Assembly: GCA_964016885.1 (NCBI GenBank)
Contig: OZ024740.1
Span: 436,108,001-436,172,000 of the forward strand
Source of the DNA: Eledone cirrhosa
Lineage: Eukaryota
Direction of reading: 5' to 3'
Length of the DNA stretch: 64,000 nt
The notes under the pieces are model-generated. The model saw only the letters and a list, made by a program, of their open reading frames with translations, was not told the origin of the DNA and ran no database searches. Each line of letters starts with the position of its first letter. Position 1 is the first letter of the stretch. Below are positions 39,201 through 49,292 of this stretch, piece after piece. The translations under genes and the position numbers were made by a program.

Positions 39201-42200
39201 ACTCAGACTGGGGTGTAGTGTCTGTCTCAACTCAGACTGGGGTGCAGTGTCTGTCTCAACTCAGACTGGGGTGCAGTGTCTGTCTCAACTCAGACTGGGG
39301 TCTAGTGTCTGTCCCACCTCAGACTGGGGTCTAGTGTCTGTCCCACCTCAGACTGGGGTCGAGTGTCTGTCTCAACTCAGACTGGGGTCGAGTGTCTGTC
39401 TCAACTCAGACTGCGGTGTAGTGTCTGTCTCAACTCAGACTGGGCTGTAGTGTCTGTCCCACCTCAGACTGTGGTTTAGTGTCTGTCTCAACTCAGACTG
39501 GGGTCTAGTGTCTGTCCCACCTCAGACTGGGGTCTAGTGTCTGTCTCACGTCAGACTGGTGTGTATTGTCTGTCTCAACTCAGACTGGGGTGTAGTGCCT
39601 GTCTCAACTCAGACTGGGGTGTAGTGTCTGTCTCAACTCAGACTGGGGTGTAGTGTCTGTCTCAACTCAGACTGCGGTGTAGTGTCTGTCTCAACTCAGA
39701 CTAGGGTGTAGTGTCTGTCTCAACTCAGACTGCGGTCTAGTGTCTGTCTCAATTCAGACTGGGGTCTAGTGTCTGTCTCAACTCAGACTGGGGTCTAGTG
39801 TCTGTCTCAACTCAGACTGGGGTGTAGTGTCTGTCCCACCTCAGACTGGGGTGTAGTGTCTGTCTCAATTCAGACTGGGGTCTAGTGTCTGTCTCAACTC
39901 AGACTGGGGTCTAGTGTCTGTCTCAACTCAGACTGGGGTCTAGTGTCTGTCTCAATTCAGACTGGGGTGTAGTGTCTGTCCCACCTCAGACTGGGGTGTA
40001 GTGTCTGTCTCAACTCAGACTGGGGTATAGTGTCTGGCTCAACTCAAACTGGGGTCTAGTGTCTGTCTCAACTCAGACTGGGGTCTAGTGTCTGTCTCAA
40101 CTCAGACTGGGGTCTAGTGTCTGTCTCAACTCAGACTGGGGTGTAGTGTCTGTCTCAACTAAGACTGGGGTGTAGTGTCTGTCTCAACTCAGACTGGGTC
40201 TAGTGTCTGTCTCAACTCAGACTGGGGTGTAGTGTCTGTCTCAACTCAGACTGGGGTGTAGTGTCTGTCTCAACTCAGACTGGGGTGTAGTGTCTGTCTC
40301 AACTCAGACTGGGGTGTAGTGTCTGTCTCAATTCAGACTGGGGTCTAGTGTCTGTCTCAACTCAGACTGGGGTCTAGTGTCTGTCTCAACTCAGACTGGG
40401 GTGTAGTGTCTGTCTCAACTCAGACTGGGGTCTAGTGTCTGTCTCAACTCAGACTGGGGTGTAGTGTCTGTCTCAACTCAGACTGGCGTGTATTGTCTGT
40501 CCCACCTCAGACTGGGGTGTAGTGTCTGTCTCAACTCAGACTGGGGTGTAATGTCTGTCTCAATTCAGACTGGGGTCTAGTGTCTGTCCCAACTCAGACT
40601 GGGGTCTACTGTCTGTCCCAGCTCAGACTGGGGTCTAGTGTCTGTCTCAACTCAGACTGGGGTGTAGTGTCTGTCTCAACTCAGACTGGGGTGTAGTGTC
40701 TGTCTTAACTCAGACTGGGGTCTAGTGTCTGTCTCAACTCAGACTTGGGTGTAGTGTCTGTCTCAACTCAGATTGGGGTCTAGTGTCTGTCTCAACTCAG
40801 ACTGGGGTCTAGTGTCTGTCTCAACTCAGTCTGGGGTCTAGTGTCTGTCTCAACTCAGTCTGGGGTCTAGTGTCTGTCTCAACTCAGTCTGGGGTGTAGT
40901 GTCTGTCTCAACCCAGACTGGGGTGTAGTGCCTGTCTCAACTCAGACTGGGGTCTAGTGTCTGTCTCAACTCAGTCTGGGGTCTAGTGTCTGTCTCAACT
41001 CAGACTGGGGTGTAGTGTCTGTCCCACCTCAGACTGGGGTCTAGTGTCTGTCTCAACTCAGACTGGGGTCTAGTGTCTGTCTCAACTCAGACTGGGGTGT
41101 AGTGTCTGTCCCACCTCAGACTGGGGTCTAGTGTCTGTCTCAACTCAGACTGGGGTCTAGTGTCTGTCCCAACTCAGACTGGGGTCTACTGTCTGTCTCA
41201 ACTCAGATTGGGGTCTACTGTCTGTCTCAACTCAGACTGGGGTCTAGTGTCTGTCCCACCTCAGACTGGGGTGTAGTGTCTGTCCCACCTCAGACTGGGG
41301 TGTAGTGTCTGTCTCAACTCAGACTGGGGTGTAATGTCTGTCTCAACTCAGACTGGTGTGTAGTGTCTGTCTCAACTCAGACTGGGGTGTAGTGTCTGTC
41401 TCAACTCAGACTGGGGTGTAGTGTCTGTCTCAACTCAGACTGGGGTGTATTGTCTGTCTCAACTCAGACTGGGGTGTAGTGTCTGTCCCACCTCAGACTG
41501 GGGTGTAGTGTCTGTCTTAACTCAGACTGGGGTCTAGTGTCTGTCTCAACTCAGACTGGGGTGTAGTGTCTGTCCCACCTCAGACTGGGGTGTAGTGTCT
41601 GTCGCACCTCAGACTGGGGTGTAGTGTCTGTCTCAACTCAGACTGGGGTTTAGTGTCTGTCTCAACTCAGACTGGGGTGTAGTGTCTGTCTCAACTCAGA
41701 CTGGTGTGTAGTGTCTGTCTCAACTCAGACTGGTGTGTAGTGTCTGTCTCAACTCAGACTGGGGTGTAGTGTCTGTCTCAACTCAGACTGGTGTCTAGTG
41801 TCTGTCTCAACTCAGACTGGTGTGTAGTGTCTGTCCCACCTCAGACTGGGGTGTAGTGTCTGTCTCAACTCAGACTGGGGTGTAGTGTCTGTCTCAACTC
41901 AGACTGGGGTCTAGTGTCTGTCTCAACTCAGACTGGTGTGTAGTGTCTGTCTCAACTCAGTCTGGGGTGTAGTGTCTGTCTCAACCCAGACTGGGGTGTA
42001 GTGCCTGTCTCAACTCAGACTGGGGTGTAGTGTCTGTCCCACCTCAGACTGGGGTGTATTGTCTGTCTCAACTCAGACTGGGGTCTAGTGTCTGTCCCAC
42101 CTCAGACTGGGGTCTAGTGTCTGTCCTACCTCAGACTAGGGTCTAGTGTCTGTCTCAACGCAGACTGGGGTCTAGTGTCTGTCTCAACTCAGACTGGGGT

Positions 42201-43327
42201 GTAGTGTCTGTCCCAGCTCAGACTGGGGTCTAGTGTCTGTCTCAACTCAGACTGGGGTCTAGTGTCTGTCCCAGCTCAGACTGGGGTCTAGTGTCTGTCT
42301 CAACTCAGACTGGGGTCTAGTGTCTGTCCCAGCTCAGACTGGGGTCTAGTGTTTGTCTCAACGCAGACTGGGGTCTAGTGTCTCTCTCAACTCAGACTGG
42401 GGTCTAGTGTCTGTCCCAGCTCAGACTGGGGTCTAGTGTCTGTCCCACCTCAGACTGGGGTGTAGTGTCTGTCCCACCTCAGACTGGGGTGTAGTGTCTG
42501 TCCCACCTCAGACTGGGGTGTAGTGTCTGTCTCAACTCAGACTGGGGTGTAGTGTCTGTCTCAACTCAGACTGGGGTCTAGTGTCTGTCTCAACTCAGAC
42601 TGGTGTGTAGTGTCTGTCCCACCTCCGACTGGGGTCTAGTGTCTGTCCCACCTCAGACTGGGGTGTAGTGTCTGTCTCAACTCAGACTGGGGTGTAGTGT
42701 CTGTCTTAACTCAGACTGGGGTCTAGTGTCTGTCTCAACTCAGACTGGGGTCTAGTGTCTGTCTCAACTCAGACTGGGGTCTAGTGTCTGTCTCAACTCA
42801 GACTGGGGTCTAGTGTCTGTCCCAGCTCAGACTGGGGTCTAGTATCTGTCCCACCTCAGACTAGAGTCTAGTGTCTGTCTCAACACAGACTGGGGTCTAG
42901 TGTCTGTCTCAACTCAGACTGGGGTGTAGTGTCTGTCCCAGCTCAGACTGGGGTCTAGTGTATGTCTCAACTCAGACTGGGGTCTAGTGTCTGTCCCAGC
43001 TCAGACTGGGGTCTAGTGTCTGTCTCAACTCAGACTGGGGTCTAGTGTCTGTCCCAGCTTAGACTGGGGTCTAGTGTTTGTCTCAACGCAGACTGGGGTC
43101 TAGTGTCTCTCTCAACTCAGACTGGGGTCTAGTGTCTGTCCCAGCTCAGACTGGGGTCTAGTGTCTGTCTCAACTCAGACTGGGGTCTAGTGTCTGTCCC
43201 AGCTCAGACTGGGGTCTAGTGTCTGTCTCAACGCAGACTGGGGTGTAGTGTCTGTCCCAGCTCAGACTGGGGTCTAGTGTCTGTCTCAACGCAGACTGGG
43301 GTCTAGTGTCTGTCTCAACTCAGACTG
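39176..43327. repeat. 29-bp minisatellite (GTCTGTCTCAACTCAGACTGGGGTCTAGT), ~143 copies
   Basis: Direct 29-nt periodicity; variants tctcaa/cccacc and gtct/gtgt. Confidence 0.97.
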
Positions 43328-43704
43328 TATCTAGTATCTGTCCCTTTCCCTCTCCGTTTCTTTCATTGCTTGGTTCTTTTGTTTTTGTAGAAACAGTTTT
43401 GTGAAATCATTTCTACCTTCTATAATATTCTACTCTATATTCCATTATACTCTACTCTATATTCCATTATACTCTACTCTATATCCTACTACAACTCTGT
43501 GTCTTGTCTGTAATAATGGGAAAATACTTGAAATAAAGTTGTTCCTGAAATCGGAATAGAAATGGAATAAAACAAGTTTTGTGTAAATGAGAGCACGGGT
43601 TCTCGAAATATGGGGTTTTCTGGGTACCTTCATAAATAGAGAGAAAGATAGTGGGTGTGAGAGAGGAGATTGAAAATTTCATTTTACATTATAGACAAGT
43701 CTGT

Positions 43705-43832
43705 CATCATCATCTTCGTTTAACGTCCATTTTCCACACTAGCATGGGTTAGACGGAAGTTGTCCCACTTGAGGCAAGGTTGGTCGGGTGACCGTGTCTC
43801 ATATAGCACTGTCTGGCAGGTTTTCTATGGCT
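43705..43832 (-). mobile_element. RTE 3' tail fragment
   Basis: CATCATC..GTTTAACGTCC...CTAGCATGGGTT...CCCACTTGAGGCAAG is the reverse complement of the RTE 3' UTR. Confidence 0.75.
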
Positions 43833-43867
43833 GTATATATTTTAATTATTTAAAAATTATTTGTAAA

Positions 43868-44120
43868 CTAGCTGAGATACCTGGTAATACCCAGGAGCGG
43901 GGGTATTCCCAGTTCCCATTAAAATGCCCAGTGCCTCTCAGACCAAAAATGAAATCAAAATATAGGACAGATAATAAAAATATAGGACAGATAATCAAAA
44001 TATAGGACAGATAATAAAAATAGAGGACAGATAATCAAAATATAGGACAGATAATCAAAATATAGGACAGATAATCAAAATATAGGACAGATAATCAAAA
44101 TATAGGACAGATAATCAAAA
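43868..44120 (-). mobile_element. Helitron 3' end fragment with a 20-bp tandem repeat (AAAATATAGGACAGATAATC, ~7-8 copies, ~43967-44120)
   Basis: A|CTAG followed by hairpin CCTGG-TAATAC-CCAGG, the same geometry as at 37905; the 5' TC end was not found. Confidence 0.55.
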
Positions 44121-44147
44121 GCGATGACAAATTCATTTACGAAACAA

Positions 44148-44647
44148 TAATGGTTTCTACTTTATGCACAAGGCCAGTAATTTGGGGGGGGAGGGGAAAG
44201 TCGATTAAATCAACGCCAGTACATTACCGGTACTTTATTTTATCGACCCCATAAGGATGAAAGGCAAAGTTAACCTCGGCGGGATTTGAACTCAGACCGT
44301 AAAGGGACGTAACTATGCTGCAAAGCATGGTGTCCGACCCTCTACCGACACTGCCAATCCACCCCCCTGGTGTCCGACCCTCTACCGACACTGCCAATCC
44401 ACCCCCCCCTGGTGTCCGACCCTCTACCGACACTGCCAATCCACCCCCTGGTGTCCGACCCTCTACCGACACTGCCAATCCACCCCCTGGTGTCCGACCC
44501 TCTACCGACACTGCCAATCCACCCCCTGGTGTCCGACCCTTTACCGACACTGCCAATCCACCCCCTGGTGTCCGACCCTCTACCGACACTGCCAATCCAC
44601 CCCCTGGTGTCCGACCCTCTACCGACACTGCCAATCCCCCCCCCCCC
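44148..44647 (-). mobile_element. tRNA-derived SINE whose 39-bp A-box head is repeated 8 times (44329-44647)
   Basis: Reverse complement is colinear with the SINE at 34657-34850; one B-box (GTTCAAATCC) and 8 copies of GGTGGATTGGCAGTGTCGGTAGAGGGTCGGACACC. Confidence 0.9.
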
Positions 44648-44699
44648 TTTATGATAATACAAATATTGTTGATTGCATTGGTCAGATCTTCTGTGTTTC

Positions 44700-44831
44700 T
44701 ATGTACCTATATGTGTGTGTGACTGTGTATATATGTAGCTGTGTATATGTATATATATATGTAGCTGTGTATATATGTTACTGTGTATATGTATATATAT
44801 ATGTAGCTGTATATGTGTATATATATGTTAC

Positions 44832-44866
<35 letters not shown>

Positions 44867-45651
44867 GTTACTGTGTATATGTATATATATATGTAGCTGT
44901 GTATATATGTTACTGTGTGTATATATATATATATATGTAGCTGTGTATATATGCTACTGTGTATATATATATATATATGTAGCTGTATATATGTTACTGT
45001 GTATATGTATATATATATGTAGCTGTGTGTATATGTTACTGTGTATATGTATATATATATGTAGCTGTGTGTATATGTTACTGTGTATATGTATATATAT
45101 ATGTAGCTGTGTGTATATGTTACTGTGTATATGTATATATATATGTAGCTGTATATATGTTACTGTGTATATATATATATATATGTAGCTGTATATATAT
45201 GTTACTGTGTGTATATATATATATATATATATATGTAGCTGTGTATATATGCTACTGTGTATATATATATATATATGTAGCTGTATATATGTTACTGTGT
45301 ATATGTATATATATATGTAGCTGTATATATGTTACTGTGTATATATATATATGTAGCTGTATATATATGTTACTGTGTATATATATATATATATATATGT
45401 AGCGGTGTATATATGTTACTGTGTATATATATATATATATGTAGCTTTGTATATATGTTACTGTGTATATGTGTGTATATATGTAGCTGTATATATATGT
45501 TACTGTGTATATGTGTATATATATATGTGTATATATATGTTACTGTGTATATGTATATATATATGTACTGTGTATATGTATATATATGTTACTGTGTATA
45601 TGTGTATATATAGGTAGCTGTATATATATGTACTGTGTATATGTATATATA
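44700..45651. repeat. Complex TA microsatellite punctuated by GTAGCTGT/GTTACTGT; continues at 46037-46322 and 48441-48872
   Basis: Direct inspection. Confidence 0.9.
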
Positions 45652-46036
45652 AGGCCAGTAGGCATCTCTAACAAAATACACCCCGTCCCACCACCACCAC
45701 CCCCACCCCATCCACACCACCCCGTTCTATGTAAAGTTATGTTGGTGCCGCGCCATCCGGGCCGAAACAAATGAGATCGTGTAGGTGTCACGACAAAAAA
45801 ACACACAGTCCACGCTGTAATGTGGCCGTGTAGGCAACACGGTAAAAACCTCCCAGACCCACACTGTAAATGTGGTTGGTGTTAGGAAGGGCATCCAACT
45901 GTAGAAAACCTGCCAGACAGTCCTATGCGAGCAAGACAATCACTCTTGCCTCAAGTGGGACTACCCCCGTCCAAACCCATGCAAGCGTGGAACACGGACG
46001 TTAAACGTTGATGATGATGATGATGATGATGATGAT
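45652..46036 (+). mobile_element. RTE 3' UTR copy, almost identical to 48053-48440
   Basis: Differs visibly only by a 9-bp CCACACCAC indel, one T/C substitution and tail length. Confidence 0.93.
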
Positions 46037-46324
46037 GTTACTGTGTATATGTGTGTATATATGTAGCTGTATATATATGTTACTGTGTATATGTGTGTAT
46101 ATATGTAGCTGTATATATATATGTTACTGTGTATATGTGTATATATATGTTACTGTGTATGTGTATATATATATGTAGCTGTGTATATGTTATTGTGTAT
46201 ATGTATATATATAGGTTACTGTGTATATGTGTGTATATATGTAGCTGTATATATATGTTACTGTGTATATGTATATATATATGTAGCTGTATATATATGT
46301 TGCTGTCTATATGTATATATATAA

Positions 46325-48070
46325 AGGCTACTAAATGAGGAGAATAAATGGGAGAAAGACAGTCTCCCCCATGTCGACCCAATAGAGGGACCAGCAGTGT
46401 TAGTCGAGGGGAGTATAATAAGTAAGGCAATCAAGGATATGAAGACAGGTAAGGCGGCTGGGCCTTCGGAAATAGTTGCTGAGATGCTGAAGGCATCTGG
46501 CACGGTGGGACACACCATGGTCACCCGCATAGTTAACCAAGTCGTACAGAATGGGGTTGTTCCGAAGGACTGGCATAGCAGCATCATCGTTAACTGTTAT
46601 AAGGGTAAAGGAGACGCCCTAGATAGGAGTAACTATAGAGGCATTAAATTAATCGACCAGGTCATGAAGGTCACAGAAAAAGTAATAGCGCAACTAATCA
46701 GAGAGAGAATTGACCTAGATGAAATGCAGTTCGGGTTTGTGTCAGGCAAAAGTACCACAGACGCTCTTTTCATAGTACGACAACTACAGGAGAAGTACCT
46801 AGCTAAAGGTAAACCCCTCTACTTAGCTTTTGTCGACTTGGAGAAAGCCTTCGACAGAGTCCCCCGCTCCATTATCTGGTGGGCTCTTAGAAAACTAGGC
46901 GTTGACGAATGGCTTGTGAGGGCTATACAAGCCATGTATAAAGAAACAGTCAGCAAGGTTAGAATTAACAACGAATATAGTGAAGAGTTTAGCGTAAAAG
47001 TTGGCGTCCATCAGGGCTCTGTTCTCAGCCCCCTACTATTTATTATTGCCCTTCAGGCTATAACAGAGGAGTTCAAGACAGGCTGCCCATGGGAACTCCT
47101 ATACGCAGACGACCTGACACTCATAGCGGAATCAATGGCCGAGCTAGAGAAGAAATTCCAAACATGGAAGCACGGCCTAGAGTCAAAAGGACTTAAAATT
47201 AACCTGGCTAAGACCAAAGTTCTAGTTTGTAGGAAAGAAAACAAGGCGGCGGTCCCTTCTGGGAAATGGTCGTGCTCGGTGTGTAGGAAAGGCGTAGGTA
47301 GAAACTCCATTTTGTGTCCTAAATGCAAAGTATGGGTGCATAAAAGATGTAGTGGGATCACAGGTAAGCTAACTAAGAACATAGATTTTACATGTGGCCG
47401 GTGTTCTGGTGCAATAAGTAGCAGCAAGTGCCCACACAATACTAGCTCTTTCAATTGCGCAGAGGGTTCTATAGAAATAGTGGACAGCTTCCGTTACCTG
47501 GGCGATAAAATCAGCAGTGGGGGAGGGTGCTCTGAAAGTACTGTAGCTAGAGTCAGAACTGGTTGGAAAAAGTTCAGAGAGCTTATACCACTATTAGCTG
47601 CTAAAGGGTTCTCCCTAAAAATGAAAGGCAGGTTGTACGATGCCTGCATACGAACAGCAATGTTGCATGGCAGTGAGACCTGGGCATTGTGTGCAGAGGA
47701 TATACGCAGACTAGAGAGGAACGAAGCTTGCATGCTCCGCTGGATGTGTAACAGTAATATACGTGAACGGCAAAGCATAAACGAACTAAGGAAAAAATTA
47801 GAGATAAGAGGGATCAGATGTTGTTTACTCGAGAGAAGGCTACGTTGGTATGGACACGTGATGCGCATGAAAGTCGATAGCTGTATAACAAAGTGCAGGG
47901 CAATAAAGATAGACGGTAGCCACGGAATAGGCAGACCTAGAAAAACCTGGGACGAGCTGATAAACTCCGACCTCACACACTTACACCTCTCCAAGACAAT
48001 GTCACTGGACCGAGACCTTTGGCGGTACTCAGTAACAGAGAAGACCCGCCTTGCCAGTAGGCATCTCTAA
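46325..48070 (+). CDS. RTE reverse transcriptase, C-terminal part (open reading frame, no native start), with an inserted C4HC3 PHD-type finger
   Basis: Motifs NYRGIKL, QFGF, FVDLEKAFD, GVHQGSVLSP, LYADDL, FRYLG, LHGSETW, RLRWYGHV, GRPRKTW; no internal stops. Confidence 0.88.
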   Translation, partial: RLLNEENKWEKDSLPHVDPIEGPAVLVEGSIISKAIKDMKTGKAAGPSEIVAEMLKASGTVGHTMVTRIVNQVVQNGVVPKDWHSSIIVNCYKGKGDALDRSNYRGIKLIDQVMKVTEKVIAQLIRERIDLDEMQFGFVSGKSTTDALFIVRQLQEKYLAKGKPLYLAFVDLEKAFDRVPRSIIWWALRKLGVDEWLVRAIQAMYKETVSKVRINNEYSEEFSVKVGVHQGSVLSPLLFIIALQAITEEFKTGCPWELLYADDLTLIAESMAELEKKFQTWKHGLESKGLKINLAKTKVLVCRKENKAAVPSGKWSCSVCRKGVGRNSILCPKCKVWVHKRCSGITGKLTKNIDFTCGRCSGAISSSKCPHNTSSFNCAEGSIEIVDSFRYLGDKISSGGGCSESTVARVRTGWKKFRELIPLLAAKGFSLKMKGRLYDACIRTAMLHGSETWALCAEDIRRLERNEACMLRWMCNSNIRERQSINELRKKLEIRGIRCCLLERRLRWYGHVMRMKVDSCITKCRAIKIDGSHGIGRPRKTWDELINSDLTHLHLSKTMSLDRDLWRYSVTEKTRLASRHL

Positions 48071-48440
48071 CAAAATACACCCCGTCCCACCACCACCACC
48101 CCCACCCCATCCACACCACCCACACCACCCCGTCCTATGTAAAGTTATGTTGGTGCCGCGCCATCCGGGCCGAAACAAATGAGATCGTGTAGGTGTCACG
48201 ACAAAAAAACACACAGTCCACGCTGTAATGTGGCCGTGTAGGCAACACGGTAAAAACCTCCCAGACCCACACTGTAAATGTGGTTGGTGTTAGGAAGGGC
48301 ATCCAACTGTAGAAAACCTGCCAGACAGTCCTATGCGAGCAAGACAATCACTCTTGCCTCAAGTGGGACTACCCCCGTCCAAACCCATGCAAGCGTGGAA
48401 CACGGACGTTAAACGTTGATGATGATGATGATGATGATGA
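46325..48440 (+). mobile_element. 5'-truncated RTE-clade LINE with (GAT)n tail
   Basis: RT ORF plus 3' UTR; no APE endonuclease domain present; flanked by the TA microsatellite. Confidence 0.93.
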
Positions 48441-48795
48441 TATGTAGCTGTATATATATGTTACTGTGTATATGTGTATATATATATGTAGCTGTATATA
48501 TATGTTACTGTGTATATGTGTGTATATATATATGTTACTGTGTGTATGTGTATATATATGTTACTGTGTGTATGTGTATATATATATGTTACTGTGTGTA
48601 TGTATATATATATATATGTTACTGTATATGTATGTATATATATATGTTACTGTGTATATGTGTATATATATCTATATATTTTACTGTATATGTTACTGTA
48701 TGTGTGTATATATATATATATATATATGTTACTGTGTATATGGCTGTATATATATATGTTACTGTGTATATGTTTATATATATATGTATATGTAG

Positions 48796-48853
<58 letters not shown>

Positions 48854-48874
48854 TACTGTGTATGTGTGTGTATA

Positions 48875-49236
48875 TCATCATCATCACCATTTTACGTCCG
48901 TCTTCCATGCTAGCATGGGTTAGACGGGTTGTCCTGTTGTGGGCAGTGTCCAGTTAGCTGACCTTGCCTTGCTCATACGGGAACTGATTGTGGCTTGATT
49001 TCATAAGCTGGATGCCCTTCCTAACCCCAACCTCATTTACAGTGAGTGCTGGGTGCTTTTTTACCGTGGCACCTAAACGACCACTTTGCAGTGGGAGGCT
49101 GTAGGGGCATATTGTCTATATGCTTGTCCCTGTGGGAAGTCGGGTCTTCTGTATTACTGTGTGATGCCAGAGGTCACGGTCCTGTGTCATCACCTTTGAG
49201 AGGTGTAATTGGGTAAGGTTGGCCTTTATCACCTCT
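48875..49236 (-). mobile_element. RTE 3' fragment, diverged subfamily
   Basis: Minus-strand translation LTQLHLSKVMTQDRDLWHHTVIQKTRL parallels the RTE C-terminus; (CAT)n tail and CCATGCTAGCATGG present. Confidence 0.85.
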
Positions 49237-49292
49237 GTGTATATATATATATATATGTAGCTGTATATATGTGTTATTGTGTATGTGTGTGT

